Below, one piece after another: positions 1 to 10,620 of a DNA stretch of 64,000 nucleotides. The stretch's first letter is position 1. Every line of letters begins with the position of its first letter. Origin of the DNA: Botryllus schlosseri. Its lineage: Eukaryota. Made by a program: the position numbers and the translations under genes. Below the pieces are notes generated by a model. That model searched no databases and was not told the DNA's origin. It saw nothing but the letters and a program-made list of their open reading frames with translations. The stretch covers positions 1,986,001 to 2,050,000 of the forward strand of contig CM119371.1 in the NCBI GenBank assembly GCA_051294905.1. The letters are read 5' to 3'.

Positions 1-2068
1 GCAAAAAATCATACTTCGCTCGTCACTTTCATAACTGCAGAAACAATAAAGCCCAAACTTTGAAAACTATTAGAAACCTAATCAACCCTTCCAGCTCCCA
101 TGCCACCATCCCGCCTATTATAATTGATGACATCGGCAATTCTGTTAGCAATCCAAATAACGTAGGTAATGCATCAAATAAATACTTCACCTCTATTGGG
201 CCAAAACTTGCATCTGATTGCCCTAATCTCCCCCCAAAGTACTACCAAAGTACACCACGTAGTAGTACTAACAGTATATTCTTGAGTCCCACCAACATCG
301 GAGAGATTAGCATAATAGTCGCCAACATGAGAAATAATAAAGCAGAGGGTCATGGTAGGCTATCTGTGCAAATATTAAAGGCAGTTTTCCCTGCAATTTC
401 TTCAATCTTGGCTCATCTCTACAATCAATCCATGGCTTTAGGAATCTTTCCCGAATTCTTAAAGTAGCCTGAGTAGTTCCTGTACACGAAAAAGGAAACA
501 GAATGTCAATGAATAATTATCGACCAATATCAGTCTTATCTTGCCTAGCAATACTATTTGAAAAGCTTCTACACTCAAGGCTCTCCGAATTTCTTGAAAC
601 CAGATTATGGCCCAATCAATTTGGCTTTCGAACTCATCACAATACTCAACATGCCATTTTAGATTTACTGCTCAAGTACCAATCAACAATTATATCTAAG
701 GAGGTCGGTTGCTCCATATTTCTTGACTTGAAAAAAGCATTTGATACGGTAGATCATTCAATACTTCTGAATAAACTATGGTATAATGGGGTTAGAGGGA
801 CACCGCTAGCCTTGTTCAAGTCATATCTAAATTGCCGCAAACAATTTGTTGGTGACCAATGTACGAAATCTGAGCTAAGCGAAATTACTTGCGGTGTTCC
901 TCAAGGTTCAGCTCTTGGCCCCCTTTTCTTTATCATTTACATAAACGACTTACCAGGTGCATCTAAATTCTCGACTACCTTATTTGCTGATGACACTTGC
1001 CTGTATAAATCCGATAACAATTTGAGTATTCTACAAGACTCAGTCAATATTGAGATGAAAAAAATCTGTCATTGGATGAGCCTCAGCAAATTGAATATCA
1101 ATGCAACAAAAACTCAAGTCCTTCTTATCAATATCAGACCTAAGATCTTGATACCTTCTCCAGTTTTGACCATCGACAAAGATAAACTATCTGCAGTCCC
1201 TAATGTCAAATATTTGGGATTGTGTATTGATAAAGATTTGAGTTGGAAGCCACAACTAGCAGCTCTTGCCAGCAAATTAGCGCAGGCAGTAGGTATTATA
1301 GCTCGCTTGCGACATATTCTCCCTAGATCTGTACCATATATTTTTCACTCTTCCACTCTCAATTCGACTATGGAATCATCTTTTGAGGGTTAGCTTACGA
1401 TACCTACTTGAATCACATCGCAGTTCTCCGAAATAGGGCAATCCGTTTGATAAGTGGCATGGGACGATACGATCGTCTTTCTCCAAGATATAAATCTCTG
1501 GGGATATTGAACTGCACTTATGAAATTGCCAAGACCATGTACCGATATCACCATGGTGAATTCCCTTCTGCTCTTAGCCGCATCTTTACGCCATCTGCTG
1601 GTGTCCACTCTCACGGAACCAGATCCGACACTGCTGGAAATATCTTTATACAGAATTTAGCCGCTAGTGTGTGCCAGAGATCCTTAACTTTTGTTGGTCC
1701 AAGGATTTGGAACTCTTTATCAATAGAGCACAGAGGTTTGTCATTTGCATCATTCTGTCGGAATTTTAAGTCTCAGCTCATTTCCACATATTGACACCTG
1801 AGAGTATAATCTGATATTTATTTTGAACTAGTGTTATAGTTTTTTTTTTTTCTACTACCACTGTTTGCGTTTGCGTTTTGTTGTTTAATCTTTTGTTGAA
1901 GTGTTACTGACCGACAGTTGCATGATATAAATGTTCTAACGTTACGCCTTGACTACAGCTGACTTGAAGATTACACATCTTGATGTGGTCATATCGCTGT
2001 GGTTGTCTTTTTTACATATTTGTGTGAACAACCATCGTAGGAATAAAGAATCTGTCTGTCTGTCTGTC
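1..2068 (+). mobile_element. Non-LTR retrotransposon (L2/Crack/CR1-group LINE), 3' part; runs off the window's left edge
   Basis: Broken RT ORFs 60..467, 503..1393 and 1408..1794, then a 3' UTR, AATAAA at 2042-2047 and a (TCTG)n tail at 2051-2068. Confidence 0.9.
60..1794 (+). pseudogene. LINE ORF2 reverse transcriptase, disrupted by a stop and frameshifts
   Basis: Motifs NYRPISVL, QFGFR, FLDLKKAFDTVDH, GVPQGSALGP, FADDT and KYLG, split across three ORFs. Confidence 0.92.
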
Positions 2069-2165
2069 CACGTCTGGACACCTGTAAGCAGGTGCGCATA
2101 CTAACGTAGTAAAACGCATAACAGATTTCACGCAAAAGTCGATATTGCTTTGTGATGATTTTGAT
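2066..2165. repeat. ~100-bp direct repeat; second copy at 6884..6983, degenerate third copy near 7045..7110
   Basis: gtccacgtct(g/t)acacctgtaagcaggtgcgcatact...gatattgctttgtgatgattttgat is present at both positions with few mismatches. Confidence 0.85.
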
Positions 2166-3623
2166 GTTGTTATAGGCGCTACGTATGTTCACGAAGACTG
2201 CGATATCGCACGGATAAATGCATCATCACTAATTAATTACTGAAATGCGACTTGATAATAATAATCCCTAGAATAATATAAAATGCGATTTTGAGTGCAG
2301 ACAGATCGCGGTTTCGATTTCCGAGGTCTCCACATTTTAAGCCTTATTATCACCTCGCAGTACAACCGCTACCTGTATAATGTTTGCATGTCGAATATAA
2401 GGGTATTTAACTCAGCACTAAAATGCCAACGGACTAGCCGCAGGGGCCCGGTTCTTGTCGCTATAATTAAACGAACACCTTCGCCGCAGGTACGCGATCC
2501 CCGACGTTATAATGATAGGGACAAATTAGCCGCATGAAACCGAGTCTAATGAATATAACTAGGGATGGTGTGAACCTCTGAAAGGTTCATGTTCGTGTGA
2601 ACGCGAACCTTTTTGAAAGGTTCTGTGTGAACACGAACGTGAACCTCATGACGTCACGTGACGTCATATTGCTAATTCCAACCATATCCTTCAATGAAAT
2701 GATAGCCTACAATATTGTACAGATTGTACACGATAGCTAGCCACGTTTCGGGTGACATAATGTCTCAATGCGGAATTATCCTATACTGACGCTTTAAACG
2801 TCGCCAAATGTATCAACTGGGGAAATCAAATGATATAATAATCTCGTAAAATCAATATCTTACGCCGCTTTGCCAATAATTTCGATGAGAACTTACCAGG
2901 CAATATAATGACAGGAAAGGAAGTAGTTCATTTTTGTCCTTGATGTATTTTGCCGCATATACACCGAATCATGACATAAATACACACTATCTGCGCATAT
3001 GCCCACCATGAGTACATGATGTGCATATGCTGTCAGGCAAGGAAGATGCAGATATAGCCTTGTAGCAGTGTTGAGATGACTCGAGTCACGACTTTACTTA
3101 AGTCAAACTCTAATCAACTTTTCATATGAGACCGGAAAATGTATTCGACATCATATATTGATATTGAGCAGAGTGTGAAACGGGTATCTATGCTTGCTAC
3201 TGATATTAACCGATTAACAAGTCATTTAGTCAATCGCACCAATTTGGTTTTAATGATACAGTAAACATGAAGTGGAGATTGACCCCGTAAGCCTGCTAGT
3301 TTTTTTACATCAGAAAACGATATCAATCTCAGTGATTGGTTGAATAAGCATCATTCTCTGACCACATAGCTTATTTCGCTCGTGATGTTTTGTGATTGCG
3401 GGTCATGCTCGCAGCATAGAGTCATTAAATATTTACAAACGGAAAGCTGGATCTTTCGAGCAAACTTTTGCAACGAAGCAAGAAAAACTTTTCAGATTGT
3501 CACAGTGCATGCTCGTTTAGTGTCGATTTTTTTTATGCTGCCAGCGCCATGAATGGATTGGTCCGCCGTTAACATGCAATAAATTTAAACCAGCAATGTT
3601 ATAATGAAGGTAAAATTGTAACA

Positions 3624-6511
3624 CAAGGGTCGGCAACCTACGGCCCGCGGGCCGGATCCGGCCCGCCAAGCGAAATCGACCGGCCCGCGACATCATCATT
3701 AGATACTATAGGAATGCGGCCCGCCGTTTCTTATTGTGCTGCCAACTTCCGTTTTAGTACTGTGTAGAAAAATTGTAGCATTGTGACAATATAGGTACGG
3801 TGTACTATAGTCTAATCTCTATTGTTACGGCATAAAAGTGGTGCGTAACCTGTCTAGGCTCTCTAGCAGCATGTCGACACTCGGCATGTCCTACCTACAG
3901 TGTAGTACGAGATTGTCTGTAAGTGTGAACTAGCTGCCAAGAACAGTGCTCCTCAACCGGATGTATTGTACACCCAATGGTGTACCATCTTTTTAAAAGG
4001 GTTTAACACTTTGATGGGGTGTACTAGATACCGCATCCGAATTACATTAGGACTAGCTATCACAGTAAATACGCAGGTTTATGCTTCAGAACAGGTCTAT
4101 AATGGATGTACTATGTTTATCCCAAGTGTACGCAGCTTGTAAATTACATTTTATCTGGCATGTCATTAATGGTTCTTTTCAGAGTAGCTGTTTTTCGTAT
4201 ATTCGTGATGTTTTTCGACTGCGATGGTCATTTAATAAGGGCCAAGATTCTCTATTTTGGTTGTGTAGCAGCCTACTTCTAGGCTTTTTATGGACACCGC
4301 TAGCGCGGATCGGATGGCGAGGAGAAGTCTATAAAAAGCTACAAACCCAGTGAAGGTATTTTGTAGTTCACATCGGGCGTCGTCCTGTTGTTGCATGTGT
4401 GGATGATACCGCCTCGTTATCTCCCCACTTTTCCTTTTCTGGTATATCAGGGTTGCGATAACATGTGCTTGCATTGCGACTTCTTGCACACGAGCATTAT
4501 CCTAAACTTTTTTTTTTAATTTAGGAATTTAGTATGTTAGCGAAACGGCGAAAGGTTGATGATGAGTGCAGAAGTTTTAATGAAGAATGGACGGTTAAGT
4601 ACTTTTCCATATTACACTTTGGTAAACCAACGTGCTTAATTTGCAACGAAGCCGTTGCTGTAAAGAAGGAATTTAATATTAAGCGTCATTATGAGACGAA
4701 GCATTCGAAGTTTTCGGAGTACAGAGGCCAATCGAGAAAAGACAAAATTAACCGTCTTAAGCTCTGCTTACAAAATCAGTGTAGTATATTTCAAAAGCAA
4801 AACACTGGGTCTGAACAAAACACCCAGGCAAGCTATGCGGTCGCTAAAGTAATTGCAAAACACATGAAACCTTTCACTGATGGTGATTACGTAAAAGAGT
4901 GTGTGATGGGCCTTGTTGAAGTCCTATGTCCAGAGAAAACAAAATTATTCGCCGATGTTAGCCTTTCTGCAAGAACTATCACCCGACGGATCGAAGAAAT
5001 GTCACAGGATGTAAAAACTAGCCAACAAGATTGTGTGAAAGAATTTCAATATTTTTCAATTGCTATTGATGAGAGCACTGATACAACGGACACAGCTCAG
5101 CTTGCGGTGTTCGTTCGTGGAGTCAGCGCAAATTTCGATATTTTTGAAGATTTCGTAGAGTTAGTTCCTATGAAGGGCACTACAACAGGAGCAGATATTC
5201 TGAAGGCACTGTTGCAGTGCATACATAGTATGAACCTCGATCTGTCGAAATTGGTGTCGGTAACAACCGACGGAGCTCCTGCAATGATTGGAAAAATTAA
5301 AGGTGCCGTTGCTCTGCTTCAAAAACACTTGGAAGGTCTCGGACGCAATGAGAAAATCTTAAAGTTACACTGTTTAATTCACCAGGAGGCATTGTGCGCC
5401 AAGACAACAAACCTGAAGAGTGTTATGGACACAGTGGTGAAAGCTGTAAACATGATTTTGTCGCACAAACTGAGTCACCGACAGTTTCGACAGATATTAC
5501 TAGAAGCAGAAAATCGATATGGCGATCTCCTGTATTTCTGCGATGTTCGCTGGCTAAGTCGAGGAGCTATGCTTGCAAGAGTGTATGAGTTGAGGGATGA
5601 AATAGCAACTTTCCTTGAACAGAAAAACATTGACGCCTCAGAATTTCGTGATCCGGAATGGTTGTCTAAGCTTGCTTTTTTAGTGGATTTAACGTCACAT
5701 CTGAACAAATTGAATTTACAACTTCAGGGAAAGAAACAACTGATACATGAGATGTGGAGGCACATACTCGCATTCGAAACAAAACTGCGACTCTGGGAAT
5801 GCCAATTGGAGAAACAAAATTATGCTCACTTTCCAACACTGGAAGAAAGTAAACCGACTTGCAACGCTGCCTTTGTCACTATGATAGGAAATTTAATTAC
5901 TGAATTTTCCTCACGCTTTTCCAACATTCGTTCGCTGGAAAGTAAATTCAGGCTGTTCAGTACTCCGTTTGACGTGGACGTCAATACCGTCCCGACAAAA
6001 TTTCAAATGGACCTTATTGAAATGCAATGCAGTGACGAATTGAAGAAAATATTTCAAACAAAGGGAATCTCGCTACTTGACTTTTACAAAAAGTACCTCC
6101 TTGAAAGTGGTCTTTATCAAAGCTTGACGAACCATGCAAAAGAAATGGCATCGATGTTTGGTAGTACGTACACATGTGAACAATTGTTTTCAACAATGAA
6201 ATTCACGAAAAGCAAACTAAGATCCCGCATAACCGACGCCCATTTGGAGAATGTTCTTGTTATTGCTTCATCTGACTTGGTACCGGATATTGAAAAACTT
6301 TCAAAAAGAAAGCAGCATCAAGTTTCACATTGATGCTGTGTTGTTCAATTGTGAATACATTTGCTCTTTTTGTCATTGGTATGATTGAGTTCGCAGCATG
6401 GTAGCGTAAGATACTGAAGTGGGTAGGAATAATAGTATGAAAAGTCCGGCCCGCCGACGAGTTGTACACTCGAAATTTGGCCCGCGACTAGCAAAAGGTT
6501 GCCGACCCCTG
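3624..6511 (+). mobile_element. Full-length autonomous hAT transposon, Buster/Charlie group (SPIN-like)
   Basis: TIRs caagggtcggcaacct / aggttgccgacccctg (1 mismatch); perfect TSD ttgtaaca at 3616-3623 and 6512-6519; ggcccgc subterminal motifs; intact transposase ORF. Confidence 0.95.
4534..6333 (+). CDS. hAT transposase, 599 aa (SPIN/Buster, GTF2IRD2-like)
   Basis: BED-like finger CLIC...HYETKH, catalytic DEST, TTDGAPAM, CLIH, RWLSRG and STYTCEQLFS; no stops; polypyrimidine+AG acceptor just upstream. Confidence 0.95.
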   Translation: MLAKRRKVDDECRSFNEEWTVKYFSILHFGKPTCLICNEAVAVKKEFNIKRHYETKHSKFSEYRGQSRKDKINRLKLCLQNQCSIFQKQNTGSEQNTQASYAVAKVIAKHMKPFTDGDYVKECVMGLVEVLCPEKTKLFADVSLSARTITRRIEEMSQDVKTSQQDCVKEFQYFSIAIDESTDTTDTAQLAVFVRGVSANFDIFEDFVELVPMKGTTTGADILKALLQCIHSMNLDLSKLVSVTTDGAPAMIGKIKGAVALLQKHLEGLGRNEKILKLHCLIHQEALCAKTTNLKSVMDTVVKAVNMILSHKLSHRQFRQILLEAENRYGDLLYFCDVRWLSRGAMLARVYELRDEIATFLEQKNIDASEFRDPEWLSKLAFLVDLTSHLNKLNLQLQGKKQLIHEMWRHILAFETKLRLWECQLEKQNYAHFPTLEESKPTCNAAFVTMIGNLITEFSSRFSNIRSLESKFRLFSTPFDVDVNTVPTKFQMDLIEMQCSDELKKIFQTKGISLLDFYKKYLLESGLYQSLTNHAKEMASMFGSTYTCEQLFSTMKFTKSKLRSRITDAHLENVLVIASSDLVPDIEKLSKRKQHQVSH

Positions 6512-7169
6512 TTGTAACATATCAAAAAGGTTCATAGTGCAGAACCTACCAAGGTTCTGTTGTGAACGCGAACCTCTAAATATCCGAGGGTCACACACAG
6601 AACGCGAACGTGAACCTCACGTTCACACCATCCCTAAATATAACGACAGAGAACAAGTTAGTCGAAAAATAAAACTAATCGTGACCGATGCAAGATGGCG
6701 TGAAACAGCGCTTTCGCTCGATTCTTGTAGTGACCACATTTCATGTCATGTCATTTCAGTCTATTTCATGTCACTAGAATAAGGGTGATTAAACCGACAG
6801 TGAAACGCCACCGGCGTCTTATAACGTAATAATGTAAGCTGCGTCGGGTGCTGCTATAATGTTAGAAGCGAATATAGTAGAAAGTCCACGTCTGTACACC
6901 TGTAAGCAGGTGCGCATACTACCGTAGTAAAATGCATAACAGAATTCACGCAAGAGTCGATATTGCTTTGTGATGATTTTGATATTGCTCAATACTGATT
7001 GGGAAGATAGGACTCCTAATTTCCTAACTAACTACATAATCCCTAGTAACGTAGTCAGACGCATAACGGAATTTACGCAAAATCGGTATTGCTCTGCGAT
7101 AATTTTGACCACTATGTTTCGATAATAACTTGCTTCCGAGTAATAAATAACATTCATTATACGTTAGAT

Positions 7170-8335
7170 CAGGGGTGGGCAAACTTTTCAGCTCGCGGGC
7201 CGCATTCAACATCTGAATCCATTCGCGGGCCGCATTATATAGAATTGGGATTATAAACCAAAATGCAATATTGGCATTTGATTATAGTGAGGACATGGAG
7301 ATAACATATATGCTTATTCAAAACAAACCTTGATGCTTTGATGATATCGTACACGCGTCACAAACAGTGGCGATATTTCATAGGCTGGTCGAGACCTCAA
7401 TGACCAATTTGTCAAAACTATAGAGATGAAAGTCGGTTATCCCGATTCTTAGAATAGGATTGAAATTTAAATCTGTGAGCAGCGATCTGTACATAGATTT
7501 ACTAATTCCCATTTGGATTCAGTTCCAGGACACACAATGCTGACAGCATCATAACCATGTTAGCTTCAAACATGATTCTACTAATTGTAGATAGAATATA
7601 AATACCATACAGTGCACGAATCTACATATGACAATATGACATGCGCGAATTGTTTTTTTACAAGCACGCCACTAAAATAAAAAAAAGAGTGGCCAATCTG
7701 AAATCGCACTCGTGATCCGAATTATGTCAATCTCGTTTTGGATTTATGGGATGTTTAGCAGTTGAAACCTTTTATACTGCGAGGGCCTTGAGATGCTGGT
7801 CGTGCCAGAAATTAAACATAAAAAATATAGGAAGTAGGCCTATTTACCTTAGAACAGTGGTTCTCAAACTTTTTAAGACACGACCATCTTATGATGGTGA
7901 AAGATTTCGCGCTCTCTTATCATCAGATCACAAAATGAAACCAGGATGGTAGCAAACCTAACGGATAGTTTGATGGCATGGAAGGTTACGACTGTAGATG
8001 AGAGACTTTTAGATATGAAATTCAGACCAAATACAGAGCAATAACTAGGAATTGGGCGGAAATCGCGCAGAGCAAAATTTTTTTTTTAAGTTGAGCTCAT
8101 GAGCTTCGTTTCCCCCTTCAGGTAATTTCACGCGCCCCCCTGTTTGAGAACCACTGCCTTAGAATTATCATGGTGAAATATACTATGAAAAAGTTTAATC
8201 AAGTCCCTGCATTAATTCGATATTTAGTACGCATTTGATCAATATTTTTAATAAGTTTCTTTAGGCTCTCGCGGGCCGCACAGAACGGTGTTGCGGGCCG
8301 CATGCGGCCCGCGGGCCGTAGTTTGCCCACCCCTG
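7170..8335. mobile_element. hAT (Charlie/Buster-type) MITE
   Basis: TIRs caggggtgggcaaact / agtttgcccacccctg; TSD cgttagat at 7162-7169 and 8336-8343. Confidence 0.92.
7855..8156. mobile_element. hAT MITE nested in 7170..8335
   Basis: TIRs cagtggttctcaaac / gtttgagaaccactg; TSD ccttagaa on both sides. Confidence 0.92.
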
Positions 8336-8827
8336 CGTTAGATGATACTTTTCCTTGATATTCTATTATGTGTATTTAGGGCTAATGCAACATCACTATG
8401 TTGGCGACAGGCCTGACTTGAACACACTAATTTTGCGAATTAAACTTATCTCCCAACACGGACACTCAATGAAGAGCACCCTGGAGACCCACATAAATGC
8501 TCCACAATTCTTGACATATTTATTACTGAGCATATAATAAGCTGACAAAACCTATACTTGAGTACTCCGAAATGTACAAGTACTTTTACCTTTACACGAC
8601 GTTTTTGTAAAATGAATACTAATTTTGAATAAAAATAAAAATTATGTACTCAAGTAGGTTTTTGTCTACACACACCAACTACTCAAGTGTTTATGACACA
8701 GGAATGATTCATTAAGTATAGCGCAAGCTGGCCGAACCTATACTTGAGTACTCCAAAATGAACAAGTACTTCGCTATGTACTCCCTCCACGTAAAAAGTG
8801 ACTAGGTTTTAGACTACTTTATCGATT

Positions 8828-10620
8828 TTCGATGTTGCGCAAATACCGCAAACTTTGCTTTCTTTCAGAGCTGGCAACTAAATGCAAGACAGACTTTTCG
8901 CAAAAGTCTCTATTCTGAAAATTTTATCACGTTAATACTTTAAAAACTTATACTTGAGCCCTACAAAATGTACATGTACTTTACCTTTACACGACGTTTT
9001 TTGTAAAATGAATACTAATTTTATTGAAAAAATAAAAGATAAAAAAAGAGCGAAAAATTACATTTTATACCGGAACGCAACAAGACAAATCGTATGAATT
9101 TGTAATCTACTTATTCATGACACAATATTAATTCTACTTGTATACTTTTTAATATTTTGTAACAATTTTATTAGTACTTAACTAAAATTCGGAATATAAA
9201 CCTATCGAAAAATTTGGTAACAAATTTCACATAGGCTATGCATACAAACGAGGAAAGGTACATCAACGCGTGTTAACTAATTGTATTATGTAGCTTGTAA
9301 TTCATGCAAGTTTCGAAACTTCTACACTGAGTCTTCTAAAGTAGATAGAATCGAAAAAACTAATCGAAAATATTTACGAAGTTTGAAAGCGATATATTTG
9401 GGTTTTTAAAAATTATTCATACCCATGATTCGAAATACTTTTACCTAACTTATGTTTTCGAAATAAGATAACCGTGAAGTGTACAAATTTCGATGTTGCG
9501 CAAATACCACAAACTTTGCTTGCTTTCAGAGCCAGCAACTAAATGCAAGACAGACTTTACGCAAAAGTTGCTATTCTGAAAATTTTGTCAAGGTAATAGT
9601 TTAAAAACTTATACTTGAGCACTACGAAATGTACAAGTACTTTATCTTTACACGACGTTTTTTGTAAAATGAATACTAATTTTATTGAAAAAATAAAAGA
9701 TAAGAAAAGAGCGAAAAATTACATTTTATACCGGAACGCAACAAGACAAATCGTATGAATTTGTAATCTACTTATTCATGACACAATATTAATTCTACTT
9801 GTATACTTTTTAATATTTTGTAACAATTTTAGTAGTACTTAACTAAAATTCGGAATATAAACCTATCGAGAAATTTGGTAACAAATTTCACATAGGTTAT
9901 GCATACAAACGAGGAAAGGTACATCAACGCGTGTTAACTAATTGTATTATGTAGCTTGTAATTCATGCAAGTTTCGAAACTTCTACACTGAGTCTTCTAA
10001 AGTAGATAGAATCGAAAAAACTAATCGAAAATATTTACGAAGTTTGAAAGCGATATATTTGGGTTTTTAAAAATTATTCATACCCATGATTCGAAATACT
10101 TTTACCTAACTTATGTTTTCGAAATAAGATAACGGTGAAGTGTACAAATTTCGATGTTGCGCAAATACCACAAACTTTGCTTGCTTTCAGAGCCAGCAAC
10201 TAAATGCAAGACAGACTTTACGCAAAAGTTTCTATTCTGAAAATTTTGTCAAGGTAATAGTTTAAAAACTTATACTTGAGCACTACGAAATGTACAAGTA
10301 CTTTATCTTTACTCGACGTTTTTTGTAAAATGAATACTAATTTTATTGAAAAAATAAAAAATATAAAAGAGCGAAAAATTTCATTTTGTCCCGGAACGCA
10401 ACAAGAAAAATCGTATGAATTTGTAAACTACTTATTCATGACATAACAATAATTCTACTTGTACACTTTTTCACATTTTATAACACTTTAAGTAGTACTT
10501 AACAGTTTCAGTTTTAAATAAAATACGGAATATAAACTAATCGAAAAATTCGGTAACCCATTTCGCGTAGGCTATGCATACAAATGAGGAAAGTTACATC
10601 AACGCGTGTTAACTAGTTGT
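8828..10620. repeat. ~661-bp AT-rich tandem repeat, ~2.7 copies; partial units at 8543-8790
   Basis: tttcgatgttgcgcaaatacc recurs at ~8828, 9488 and 10149; the first two units are near-identical and the third is more diverged. Confidence 0.92.

Larger units (their letters stand above)
2560..6636. mobile_element. Non-autonomous hAT element hosting the autonomous element below
   Basis: TIRs tagggatggtgtgaac / gttcacaccatcccta; 8-bp TSD aatataac at 2552-2559 and 6637-6644; subterminal gtgaac repeats. Confidence 0.9.

Noticed and set aside
5394..6469. Overlapping and antisense ORFs within the hAT transposase (likewise 19685-20479, 50139-51225, 54813-55599)
   Set aside because: Shadow frames of transposase or RT coding sequence.
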